Positions 1 to 8,405 of a stretch of DNA of 64,000 nucleotides are shown in pieces. This stretch comes from an uncultured delta proteobacterium (GTDB lineage: Bacteria; Myxococcota_A; Polyangia; Fen-1088): assembly GCA_963767925.1 (NCBI GenBank), contig CAVYGB010000008.1:2080001-2144000 (forward strand), in the 5' to 3' direction. The notes under the pieces are model-generated. The model had not been told where the DNA came from, searched no databases, and saw nothing but the letters and a program-made list of their open reading frames with translations. The position numbers and the translations under genes were made by a program. Every line of letters begins with the position of its first letter. Position 1 is the first letter of the stretch.

Positions 1-154
1 TTCGCAGTTCCCCGGAGGCGATCTCCAGAGCTTCCTCGGCCGCGGCTGCCGGACCCATTTCCCCTGTCCGGGTCTGGACCAGGACATCGAACACCGCCCG
101 CAAGGCACGTTCTAGCCGGGAGGCGTACGCCGCCCGCGCGACGTCCGGACTCAA
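1..154 (-). CDS. Small hypothetical protein, runs off the window (MSPDVARAAYASRLERALRAVFDVLVQ...)
   Basis: TTG start overlaps the TGA stop of 151..1452 (TTGA); frame open to position 1. Confidence 0.45.
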   Translation of the reverse strand, partial: MSPDVARAAYASRLERALRAVFDVLVQTRTGEMGPAAAAEEALEIASGELR

Positions 155-1452
155 GGTCGGTGGTCGGTTGTCACGCGGGCCTGTTCGGGGGTCGTCTCTC
201 CCGATGCGGGGAAGCGCCCCGCGACGTTTGCCTTTTCGATGGTGGTTGTCGCCATTACTGATAGGGATTGATGTAAGTCCAGTGCGCTTGCGATCCCGTC
301 CCAGGTGGCCGGAGATGGGCGCCACCGGCCAGACTCCAGTTCAGAAATCGTCCGTGCCTGGTAGCCGAGCCGGGTCCCGACCTGCGCCTGGGTCAGGCCG
401 GCAGCCCGTCGCCACTTCCTGAGGACAACGCCGGGGTCGGACGGGTCCACCGGGACGGCGGGCGGTGGTTGGTAGCTGTCGAGCGCGTGGACCAGCCGTT
501 CCAGGATCCCAGGACGGGGACGGGTCTTCCCTTTCTCGATCGAGACGTACACGTCCACCGGGACCCCGGCCAGCCGTGCCAACTTAGGTTTGGTCAGTCC
601 GTGTGCCTGACGCCGCGCGCGCAGTTCTTCCCGGCTGATGACTAGCGGTGGTGGGGACGCGGTGGCTGGGCGACGGGCTTTCGGCGGTCGAGGAGAGCCA
701 TTCTGGGTGCGTTTTGCACTACTCGGGATCGAGGGCCGGAACGGGACCCAGGTTCGACTTGGTTCCGAGATTGGCGGGGGGGCAAAGGGCTCCAGGGTCT
801 GCCCGGCGAGCAGGGCCGCGATCTCCGCCTCCCATCGGGTGGTCTGGCTCCGCTCAACCTTCAGGAATGTCGAGGCTGCGTCAGACGACCAGCCGAGGTC
901 ATGCCGGAGCGACAAGTACCGCCGCGCCGAGGCCGAAAGACGACCGTCCGATACGAGGGCCAGTTCCGGCGCCTCGACATGACCGGCCGGGGGTGGTGGG
1001 GTGGCCTCGATGGGGGTGGGTCTGCCCGCTACTCGGGCGGCGGTCCTCCACGGTCGAGCGGGGAGGCCTTCGAGCAAGGTCCGGGCGTCAGCGATGTCCT
1101 GGCTTCCGTTCCGGCCCTCGTGCCAGATGGTTCGCTTTTTGTACGTGCCTAAAACCCGGGCAGCCGTGGCGGGTACCAGGCCAACGTCGAATACGAGACT
1201 GAGAGTTTTTCTGGTGTCGGGCGATAGCCGGGGGTCCTCCACGAGCTGCAGTTCGGGCGCGGCCCCAGGAAGGTGGCTGGCCGAACGGAGCACGAACTCT
1301 CGGCGCTCGGACGACATTCCGTCCAGATGATCGATCGGCCGGTTGGAGTCATCGTTCATGCGGTCTGTGGTCGCCGCCTCCGCGTCCCGGAACCCTGATT
1401 GGCGAAGTCGGGCGCGCCATTCTCGTTGCAACGGGACGGGTGGGGTCTTCAC
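151..1452 (-). CDS. Multi-HTH regulator: two sigma-region-4-like repeats plus two XRE HTH domains
   Basis: XRE motifs LRARRQAHGLTKPKLARLAGV...IEKGK and LRKWRRAAGLTQAQVGTRLG...LESGR; internal repeat APELQLVEDPRLS/APELALVSDGRLS; GTGA overlap with upstream ORF. Confidence 0.8.
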   Translation of the reverse strand: MKTPPVPLQREWRARLRQSGFRDAEAATTDRMNDDSNRPIDHLDGMSSERREFVLRSASHLPGAAPELQLVEDPRLSPDTRKTLSLVFDVGLVPATAARVLGTYKKRTIWHEGRNGSQDIADARTLLEGLPARPWRTAARVAGRPTPIEATPPPPAGHVEAPELALVSDGRLSASARRYLSLRHDLGWSSDAASTFLKVERSQTTRWEAEIAALLAGQTLEPFAPPPISEPSRTWVPFRPSIPSSAKRTQNGSPRPPKARRPATASPPPLVISREELRARRQAHGLTKPKLARLAGVPVDVYVSIEKGKTRPRPGILERLVHALDSYQPPPAVPVDPSDPGVVLRKWRRAAGLTQAQVGTRLGYQARTISELESGRWRPSPATWDGIASALDLHQSLSVMATTTIEKANVAGRFPASGETTPEQARVTTDHRP

Positions 1453-1637
1453 TGCCCAACCCCGTGAGGCTCGTACCGCCCGAGTTCGGCACCGGCCGCG
1501 AGCACGATCTCGTACACCGCGGCCTCGGGCGACAATTCACCAATTCGGGCGGTCAGTGCTGAGATCCAGGACTTGGCGAAGGGCCTCGCGCAATCTCGCG
1601 GCGTGGACCTGGTGCGCGTCGCTGCAGATTGCCTCAC
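1449..1637 (-). CDS. Small hypothetical protein
   Basis: Start/stop overlap with both neighbours (ATGA and GTGA). Confidence 0.55.
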   Translation of the reverse strand: MRQSAATRTRSTPRDCARPFAKSWISALTARIGELSPEAAVYEIVLAAGAELGRYEPHGVGQ

Positions 1638-1882
1638 TCATCGACAGTGCCCTCGGCGCCGGTTTCCTGTCCGACTTGGCCGTCCGGGGGGGCCTCCTCC
1701 GGGGGCTGAGCTTCTGCCAGAGCCGCCACCAACCGTGCCCAAGTTGCCCGGGTGGGGCGAAGCCGCCCGGCTTCGATCGCCCAACAAGCCGTCCGACTCA
1801 GACCGGCCGCCCGTGAAAGTGCCCGTTGACTCAGTCCGGCCGACAAGCGGCGGTCTCTCAGGGTCTCTGCTTTGGTTGACAT
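1634..1882 (-). CDS. XRE/Cro-like HTH transcriptional regulator
   Basis: LRDRRLSAGLSQRALSRAAGLSRTACWAIEAGR; likely ATG at 1882 (ORF open to 1960). Confidence 0.8.
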   Translation of the reverse strand: MSTKAETLRDRRLSAGLSQRALSRAAGLSRTACWAIEAGRLRPTRATWARLVAALAEAQPPEEAPPDGQVGQETGAEGTVDE

Positions 1883-1961
1883 TCCACTTGTCGGGATTCC
1901 CGCCGCAGGTTCCCGGCTGCCAACGTCGGTCTGGATGGAGTGACAATCGTCTAAGTCCATG

Positions 1962-1978
1962 ATTCTACAATGTAGAAT
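1962..1978. promoter_or_regulatory. AT-rich palindrome ATTCTACA-A-TGTAGAAT, candidate operator
   Basis: Perfect 8-bp inverted repeat directly upstream of the HTH operon. Confidence 0.5.
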
Positions 1979-2269
1979 TTCACGACGCCGAGGGTTGTCA
2001 ATGCAAGATTCCCGGAGGGCTAATACGCCTCTCCTCGCCTACCAACTAGCAACTACCATTTAGTAGCTAGTTGCTAAACGCTAATGCCCCAGCTTGGGCA
2101 ATCGCGAACCTTAACCAGAAACAGCGAATTTGGGGTGTTTTTGGGGCCTTGGTACAGCCGTGGCTATCTCACCCCTCGGGAGGGCCCAAACGTCGATTGG
2201 AGGGCCCGTGGGAGCGCCTGGGAGCACGTCCAGCGGAGCGATCGTTGGAGGCCGGGGTGGTGCGGCTAG

Positions 2270-3809
2270 CAGCCCGTTGAAAATGTCCGGGGACCGCGCC
2301 CGCCACCAAGAACGCACCCAAGTTCTTCCCGACGAGCTTGAATACCTGAACACCTGATCAAGATCGACCGCGGATCGGGGCTCGTGCACGATGCCGCGAT
2401 GGCGATGGGAAAGCGGGGTGGCGAGCAGGAGGATCTGTTCGTCCCCTACCAGCAGATGCGTGCTCAGAGTCACCCCTACTACCAAGCCGTCAACCGGGTG
2501 CTGGCGGCGAAGGGGTTCGACAAGTACGCGCAGAAGATCTGCGCGAAGTTCTACGCGGACAAGTTGGGACGGCCGAGTTTGCCGCCCGGCGTGTACTTTC
2601 GGTGCCTGTTGCTGGGCTACTTCGAGGGGATCGACAGCGAACGGGGCATCGCCTGGCGGGCGGCAGACTCGCTGAGCATGCGCGAGTTTCTGGGCATCCC
2701 GGCCGGAAAGGCGACGCCCGACCATTCGACGCTGTCGAGGATACGGACGCGTCTTTCCCTCGAGGTACACCAGGCCGTCTTCACGTGGGTCCTCGGTGTG
2801 CTCGACGCCAACGGCTTGATCAAGGGCAAGACCATCGGGGTGGATGCGACGACGCTGGAAGCAAACGCTGCGATGAGGTCGATCGTTCGACGGGATGACG
2901 GGCGCTCCTACGAGCAATTCCTCACGGACCTGGCCAAGAACTCGGGAATCGAGACGCCGACTCGCGAGGATCTCTCTCGGCTCGACCGGAAGCGGAAGAA
3001 GAAGGGCTCGAACGAAGACTGGGTCAATCCGCACGACCCCGACGCCAAAATTACAAAGATGAAGGACGGCCGCACGCATCTTGCTCACAAGGATGAGCAC
3101 GCGGTGGACATGGAAACCGGCGCCATCGTCGCGGTGACCCTGCAAGGCGCGACCGAGGGCGATACGTCGACGATCGACGGGACACTCGAGGCTGCCGAGC
3201 AGAATCTCGAGAAGGCTCGAGAGCATGCTGGCGACGAATCTAAGATGGACCCGGAATCCAAAGAGGTCGTCGCGGACAAGGGTTACCACAGCAAGGCCGT
3301 GATGCTGGCTCTGCGCCTCGCGGGCTGGCGAACGTACATCGCGGAGCCCCGCCGGGGTCGTCAGCATTGGGAGGACCAGAACGACGAACGCGACGCCGTG
3401 TACGGCAATCGCCGGCGCATGGAGGGAGACCACGGCAAGGAACTCATGCAGCTTCGGGGTGAGCTCATCGAGCGCACCTTTGCTCATGCCCTCGAGAGCG
3501 GCGGCATGCGACGCACTCATCTGCGCCACCACGAAAACATCGCCAAGCGGCTGCTGGTCCACCTCGCCGGGTTCAACCTCGGCCTGCTGATGCGCAAATG
3601 CTTTGGCGTGGGCAAGCCCAGGTGCCTCCAAGGCCGAGCGGCCGTTCTGGCCGCCCTGTGGGCCGCTCTGATGGGGCTTCTCGACGTGCTGATCCGTGCC
3701 GCGTCGGTTTTCCGGGCCATCAGTGGCCTCCCCCGCGTCGCTCGTCAGCCCAAGCCCATCACGGGCCGCTGGCTGGCCGGCTGACGGGAGCCCGCTTTTC
3801 AACGGGCTG
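2270..3809 (+). mobile_element. Insertion sequence, IS5/IS1182-like
   Basis: Perfect 14-bp TIRs CAGCCCGTTGAAAA (2270) / TTTTCAACGGGCTG (3796-3809), CTAG on both flanks (2266-2269, 3810-3813). Confidence 0.92.
2399..3784 (+). CDS. DDE transposase (DUF772-type N-terminus)
   Basis: GRPSLPPGVY...SERGI...TPDHSTLSR; VDATT, ADKGY, IERTFAH motifs. Confidence 0.92.
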   Translation: MAMGKRGGEQEDLFVPYQQMRAQSHPYYQAVNRVLAAKGFDKYAQKICAKFYADKLGRPSLPPGVYFRCLLLGYFEGIDSERGIAWRAADSLSMREFLGIPAGKATPDHSTLSRIRTRLSLEVHQAVFTWVLGVLDANGLIKGKTIGVDATTLEANAAMRSIVRRDDGRSYEQFLTDLAKNSGIETPTREDLSRLDRKRKKKGSNEDWVNPHDPDAKITKMKDGRTHLAHKDEHAVDMETGAIVAVTLQGATEGDTSTIDGTLEAAEQNLEKAREHAGDESKMDPESKEVVADKGYHSKAVMLALRLAGWRTYIAEPRRGRQHWEDQNDERDAVYGNRRRMEGDHGKELMQLRGELIERTFAHALESGGMRRTHLRHHENIAKRLLVHLAGFNLGLLMRKCFGVGKPRCLQGRAAVLAALWAALMGLLDVLIRAASVFRAISGLPRVARQPKPITGRWLAG

Positions 3810-3975
3810 CTAGCGGGGATTGAGTGAATCGCGGGATGATCGTGACCAACTCCTGGATCGATCACGGAATGATCCTGAGCCAGTCGTGGCCAACTCCCGG
3901 GGTGGTGGCAGGGACGATCTCCCCTGGACGGCGCACCTGAAGTCAATGATTTCCGGTACTTACAGAAAGCCAAGC

Positions 3976-4000
3976 ACGAGCTAGCTTGAAGCTAGCTCGT
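3976..4000. repeat. Perfect 12-bp inverted repeat right after the rep stop codon
   Basis: ACGAGCTAGCTT-G-AAGCTAGCTCGT. Confidence 0.7.
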
Positions 4001-6075
4001 CAAGTCCGGCGAAGGCCGCGGGTGAACCCAATGTCGTGCATGGGGCTTTGAGGCTGGCGGGGTCGGTTGCGAAAGGCCACCGTCTCGGCGTCTCGCTCAG
4101 CTTGAAACTCCGCGCGGTGGCGCCACCACTCCAGGCCTTCGGGAGAAGCGTCCCACTCATCAGAACGACGCAGCGCCTTGAGGTACGCAATTTCGTCGTC
4201 CAAGTCCCCCTGTCGCTGGCGAGCCACCCGCCACGCTTCTCTGCTGGATCGGGGGCGAGCTTCAGCGGGGGTTCTTGTGGGCCGCTTCGCCCCCGTCGGG
4301 GCCAGGACGACGGGCAGTTTTCCCGGGGGAGTGGAACACGGAATTGGGCCCTCTGGCGATGTATCAACACCTGCCTGGCAGTCTACCCCTAGGACGGGTT
4401 GTGTCGCAGTGCTCTGGGGGTCTTTGGGGGTGTTTCTGACACTGGAAGCGATGCCCTGGGTCCTATCGACGTATCCCCCTGTAACTACAACGGGTATTTC
4501 ATAAGGAAGAGGAGAGAGAGGGAGGGGGGGCTTGGTGGTGTATCGGAAGCTTGTCTCCCCCACACGGTATCCCGCCGTTCGGGACAGGAACCCCAGCCTG
4601 ACCGCCTGCTGGACCAGGACCAGACCTGGCGACAGGCCCGCCGCCCGAAAGGCCCCCCCGCCGGCCTTGGCCTTCAGCACCGCGGTCAGACCCGAGCGGG
4701 CCGACACCGGCGCGGGCTTGCCCCCGGCGATGGTGAGCAGGGTCGAGGATTGGAAGGCGACGCTGGAGGTGTCCCACCCCTGCTCCTCCGCCCAGCGGAG
4801 GACCCCCACGAGGACTCGGAGGCGAGGGCGGAGCCATGGGTCCAGTGGCTGGGTCCGCTCCCAGTCAGACTCGGCCAGGAGGCCCATGGCGGCCTGGCGC
4901 CACCGGCTGGAGGTGCCGTCGATCGCCCGGGGGCTCTGGCCGGGGTGGCCCGCCCGGAACTCCGCCAGCATCATCCCCAAGGTCGTCCCGCCCTTGTAGA
5001 GGTGGCAACCTCCCGCCCGGTCAATCCGTTCTAGACGATCCCACTCGCTGCCAGCGCTGTCCACCATGGCGATGATGGTCCCTTCACGATCGCGGTCGAG
5101 GTCTTTTGAGACGTGCTCCCCTCGCTCAAGGAGGGTGCGGACGCGGCCCTGGGTCTGGGACCGGGACATCCCTCGCCGCCAACATTCAAACGGGAGCTTC
5201 ACCGCCGCGTCGTTCCGTTCTCCAAAGTTGGGGATGCCCTGCTCCAGTTGAGCTATCCGGGCGTGGTACTCCTTGCCGTATAGAAGCTCTCCGCAACTAC
5301 CTGATTTCTTACGGGGTATTTCATAAGGAAGAGAAGAGAGTGGGAGGGGGGCCGTAGGGGCCTCCTGTAGGGTGATGCTTGCAAGTGGTTGACGACCTTC
5401 CTCCAGCCGGTCAAGGAAGTCAGTAATCTCCTGCCAGAGGTTCCGACGGACACCCCGGCCCCAGTCCCGGCCGTGCATCGGCCGAAGGGTCTCAGGGTCG
5501 AGCAGGGTGCTCCCCCGGCCGAAGGGGACTCGGAGGTGACGCTGGCAAAATACCTCGACCACCCCGGGCCGGTTCCCGACCGTGGCCACCACCCGGGCCT
5601 GCAGCTCGGCCGCCCCGATGGGCTCCCGGAGCGGGACGTACGCGTGGACCCCCCGGGACGGGGAGGAGCGGACCACCGCGCATGTCGGCCTGCCCAGCTT
5701 GCCCAGCGCCGCGGCTAGGTTCCCGCGCACGACGGTGTCCAGCAGGTCCCGTGTGTAGTGGTCATCGTCGGGCGAGTCGATGTCCAGCTTGATCAGGCGA
5801 GTTCGCTTCGGGGCCTCGGCTCGGAGGGTGACCTGGCCCAGGAGATGGCGAGCCAGCATCCAGTCATCAACCGGTCCGGCTACCACCCGCCACCCGTGCC
5901 TGCCTTCCACCCAATGACGCGGGGCCTGGTCCAGCTCCAGCACCCGCAACATCCGGGTAATCAACCTGACTACCGACACGGAGTGGGCGCCCAACCGTTG
6001 AGCCAGTTCCTCAATCGGGTCGTTGCGGGGAGTGGGCTCCGGCGCCCTTTCCCGGACGAAACTACTATCTACCAT
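4000..6075 (-). CDS. Putative replication protein, archaeo-eukaryotic primase (AEP)-like
   Basis: Motif I LDID, motif II RSSPSRGVH, VEVF...LRVPFG; PriCT-like GERND segment; no Walker A seen. Confidence 0.7.
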   Translation of the reverse strand: MVDSSFVRERAPEPTPRNDPIEELAQRLGAHSVSVVRLITRMLRVLELDQAPRHWVEGRHGWRVVAGPVDDWMLARHLLGQVTLRAEAPKRTRLIKLDIDSPDDDHYTRDLLDTVVRGNLAAALGKLGRPTCAVVRSSPSRGVHAYVPLREPIGAAELQARVVATVGNRPGVVEVFCQRHLRVPFGRGSTLLDPETLRPMHGRDWGRGVRRNLWQEITDFLDRLEEGRQPLASITLQEAPTAPLPLSSLPYEIPRKKSGSCGELLYGKEYHARIAQLEQGIPNFGERNDAAVKLPFECWRRGMSRSQTQGRVRTLLERGEHVSKDLDRDREGTIIAMVDSAGSEWDRLERIDRAGGCHLYKGGTTLGMMLAEFRAGHPGQSPRAIDGTSSRWRQAAMGLLAESDWERTQPLDPWLRPRLRVLVGVLRWAEEQGWDTSSVAFQSSTLLTIAGGKPAPVSARSGLTAVLKAKAGGGAFRAAGLSPGLVLVQQAVRLGFLSRTAGYRVGETSFRYTTKPPLPLSPLPYEIPVVVTGGYVDRTQGIASSVRNTPKDPQSTATQPVLGVDCQAGVDTSPEGPIPCSTPPGKLPVVLAPTGAKRPTRTPAEARPRSSREAWRVARQRQGDLDDEIAYLKALRRSDEWDASPEGLEWWRHRAEFQAERDAETVAFRNRPRQPQSPMHDIGFTRGLRRT
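4492..4529 (+). repeat. 38-bp purine-rich direct repeat, copy 1 (inside rep)
   Basis: GGGTATTTCATAAGGAAGAGGAGAGAGAGGGAGGGGGG, 36/38 identical to 5314-5351. Confidence 0.85.
5314..5351 (+). repeat. 38-bp purine-rich direct repeat, copy 2 (inside rep)
   Basis: GGGTATTTCATAAGGAAGAGAAGAGAGTGGGAGGGGGG. Confidence 0.85.
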
Positions 6076-6092
6076 GTAAGTTAATGTCCTAC

Positions 6093-6551
6093 CTAAGTCA
6101 TAGGTCGTAGCGCGCGCGGACCCGGTCGTCCATTCAAAACCGTCCCGCCAGACTGCCGCGATACGTTGATGATGGTCTTTTCAGCCTCCAGCGCACTGCG
6201 ACGACCCCAACGAGCCGGCTTGAAGCCGCCGCGTGGTCCGGCGACCTGATTGACACACGGCTTCAGTCCCGCCGCAGCCAGGTCCGCGAACCAGGCCGCC
6301 ATGGCGGCGTTAACCGGCCGACATTTATGGGCTTTCATCCTGACCCATAGCGGCAGGGTCGTGAGCCCGAAATACATCTCGGCGCGTCCCGGGCGGGGAT
6401 CGCTCAGCGCGTAAACGACGTGCTTGCGGCGGCGCAGCGGGCCGAACGATTTGACCCACCGCCGCTGTCGGTCACGAGCGACCGCAAGGCAATTGACGCA
6501 ACTCTTTCGGCCATCCACTGGCGGTTCTTTTCGGCACCTGGAACATTTCAT
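6093..6551 (-). CDS. GIY-YIG nuclease family protein with N-terminal CxxC/CxxC zinc finger
   Basis: VVYALSDPR...YFGLT, R.KAH, LEAEK, VLN; CSRC...CVNC; GGAGGG RBS before ATG 6551. Confidence 0.75.
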   Translation of the reverse strand: MKCSRCRKEPPVDGRKSCVNCLAVARDRQRRWVKSFGPLRRRKHVVYALSDPRPGRAEMYFGLTTLPLWVRMKAHKCRPVNAAMAAWFADLAAAGLKPCVNQVAGPRGGFKPARWGRRSALEAEKTIINVSRQSGGTVLNGRPGPRALRPMT

Positions 6552-6554
6552 GTG

Positions 6555-6575
6555 ATCCCTCCTGCAAGGAGGGAT
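6555..6575 (-). promoter_or_regulatory. Hairpin sequestering the RBS of the GIY-YIG gene
   Basis: ATCCCTCCT-GCA-AGGAGGGAT perfect 9-bp stem containing the minus-strand GGAGGG. Confidence 0.6.
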
Positions 6576-6883
6576 TGCGGTTGTTCCGTTCGTTGGTAGC
6601 ACACCGAGAATGCAGTGAAAACCCAATATTTTCGCGATGTTGCCGATTTGACGGCCAAACAGAAAACTCAGCCGCGCCGCCTAGACACAGCGTGTCTACG
6701 AATTATTGGACGCCAAACCAGCAATCGGCGCGGTCGGGTAGGCGGCTGGGGCCCCGAGGTAGCTCCAAAATCCTAATGTTTGTCCGGACTTAGAAGGTCG
6801 CCTTGGCTGAGGGTCGGAAGTTCCCGCGCCGACGGGAGCGGGTGGGGGCGGGACTGCGGCCCGGGCGAACAGCCGCAATCCCT
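6570..6883. repeat. 17-bp inverted repeats (6570-6586 and 6867-6883) bracketing the divergent intergenic region
   Basis: AGGGATTGCGGTTGTTC vs GAACAGCCGCAATCCCT, 16/17 complementary. Confidence 0.75.
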
Positions 6884-6889
6884 TCAGTC

Positions 6890-7636
6890 ATGGGTCCTTA
6901 TTATCTCAAGACGTCCGAAGCCGCGGCGTACTTGCGGTACGAGACGACCTCGGCCGTCCGATCCTTGGTAGCCCGAGGTCGTCTCGTCCCCGCCGGACGG
7001 CGGGGAACGACCTGGCTGTTCCGACAAGAGGACCTCGACAATTTCGTTTGTAGTAGCGTCGCCCGCGGTTGTCTCGGGGCGCCCGAAAGGGAACGACATG
7101 CCATCGAGATGGAACGACGGAACGAAACCAACCCGGCATCGCGGAGTCATGAAGACAGCGACAGGATTCCGCGTGCGTGTCCGGGTGACGGACCCCAAGA
7201 CCGGGGCCAGAACGGAGATCAACCGCGTCTACGAAGGGATCACCCTGGCCCAGGCGGTGGCCAAGCAGGTCGGCCAAAGGCGGGAGCTGCAGGAGGTCGC
7301 GCAGCCCGGACCGGTGAGGAAGCGATTCGACGAATACGCGACCTCACTCTACGAGCGAAAGCTGGCTACCGGCCGGCTGAAGTCCGCGAAGTCGCGGGAG
7401 CGGTGGAACGACACCCTGGTCCTCCACCTCGTCCCGGCGTTCGGGGAGGTCTGGGTCGAGGAGATCCGAAGGGCGGACGTCGTGGAGTGGTTGGCGAAGC
7501 AGACAGCAAGGCGGCGGACGAAGGTGGTGGCGGGGCAGGTGAAGGATTCAGGGCCCTACTCCCCGCGGACCATCAACGGGTGGTTGTCGATCCTATTGGT
7601 CATCCTCCGGGAAGCCCGGATCGATCTCGAGCTTGA
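6890..7636 (+). CDS. Excisionase-like HTH protein (functional part probably the first ~60 aa)
   Basis: YLKTSEAAAYL...AVRSLVARGRL...WLFRQEDLD; directly upstream of and overlapping the integrase. Confidence 0.7.
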   Translation: MGPYYLKTSEAAAYLRYETTSAVRSLVARGRLVPAGRRGTTWLFRQEDLDNFVCSSVARGCLGAPERERHAIEMERRNETNPASRSHEDSDRIPRACPGDGPQDRGQNGDQPRLRRDHPGPGGGQAGRPKAGAAGGRAARTGEEAIRRIRDLTLRAKAGYRPAEVREVAGAVERHPGPPPRPGVRGGLGRGDPKGGRRGVVGEADSKAADEGGGGAGEGFRALLPADHQRVVVDPIGHPPGSPDRSRA

Positions 7637-8330
7637 TCACGACGCGACCGAGGGCGTGGAGCCACTCGACACCAGCACACGACCCACCTACACCGAAGAG
7701 GAGCCGAACAACCTGACCCTGGAGGAGCTACCGCGCTTCCTGGCGAAGGCCCGGGAACTCTACCCGCAACACTATGCCATGTTGGTCTTGGGCTTCTCGA
7801 CTGGTCGGCGGCCATCGGAGTTGAGGGCGCTTCGACGGAAGGGAGGGGAGCCGGACATCCTGTGGGCGGCGGGGGAGGTGCTGGTCCGGCGGTCGGTCAC
7901 CCTGGGGGAGGCGATGGAGCGGACCAAGACTGGCAAGCGGCTGCGGATTCCTCTCCCCGAGGACATCGTAGCTATCCTTGAATCGCACGCTAGGGGGTTG
8001 AAGGGACTGCAAGCCGAATCGGACTTACAGTTCCCCTCGACCAAGGGCGGCTTCCGCTCCGGCTCGTGTCTCGACAAGCCGATCGCGGCCATCGCCAAGG
8101 CAGCCGGGATCAGCAAGCACCTCACGGCGAGGTGCATGCGCCGGACCTTCCAGGACCTGGGTCGGGCGGCGGGTGTTGAGGCCATAGTGGTGCGAGCGAT
8201 CAGCGGCCACGCCACGGCGTCCATGCAGGACCACTACTCCACGGTCGCGGGTTCGGAGGTTCGGGCGGGTCTGGAGCGGATGGCGGTACTGGCGGGCCTT
8301 CGGGCTCCGGTGGTGCAGCAGGCGGCGTGA
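7098..8330 (+). CDS. Tyrosine recombinase / phage-type integrase
   Basis: STGRRPSELRAL (R), TKTGK (K), TARCMRRTF (HxxR variant), ISGH, HY. Confidence 0.93.
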   Translation: MPSRWNDGTKPTRHRGVMKTATGFRVRVRVTDPKTGARTEINRVYEGITLAQAVAKQVGQRRELQEVAQPGPVRKRFDEYATSLYERKLATGRLKSAKSRERWNDTLVLHLVPAFGEVWVEEIRRADVVEWLAKQTARRRTKVVAGQVKDSGPYSPRTINGWLSILLVILREARIDLELDHDATEGVEPLDTSTRPTYTEEEPNNLTLEELPRFLAKARELYPQHYAMLVLGFSTGRRPSELRALRRKGGEPDILWAAGEVLVRRSVTLGEAMERTKTGKRLRIPLPEDIVAILESHARGLKGLQAESDLQFPSTKGGFRSGSCLDKPIAAIAKAAGISKHLTARCMRRTFQDLGRAAGVEAIVVRAISGHATASMQDHYSTVAGSEVRAGLERMAVLAGLRAPVVQQAA

Positions 8331-8350
8331 AGGGTGATCGAAGGGTGATC
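8329..8350 (+). repeat. Tandem 11-bp repeat GAAGGGTGATC x2, candidate integrase arm-type sites
   Basis: Exact tandem between integrase stop and att core. Confidence 0.55.
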
Positions 8351-8405
8351 AGCGCCCTACTCAGACTGAAAACTGAATAGAAACCGCGGGGTTGATACTG
8401 CCGCT

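Noticed and set aside
1962..2001. Canonical sigma70 promoter (TTGACA at 2001-1996, minus strand)
   Set aside because: Nearest good -10 hexamers are 21 and 28 nt away, outside normal spacing
2111..3973. 620-aa ORF antisense to the transposase
   Set aside because: Shadow frame of a GC-rich gene; crosses IS boundaries, no motifs
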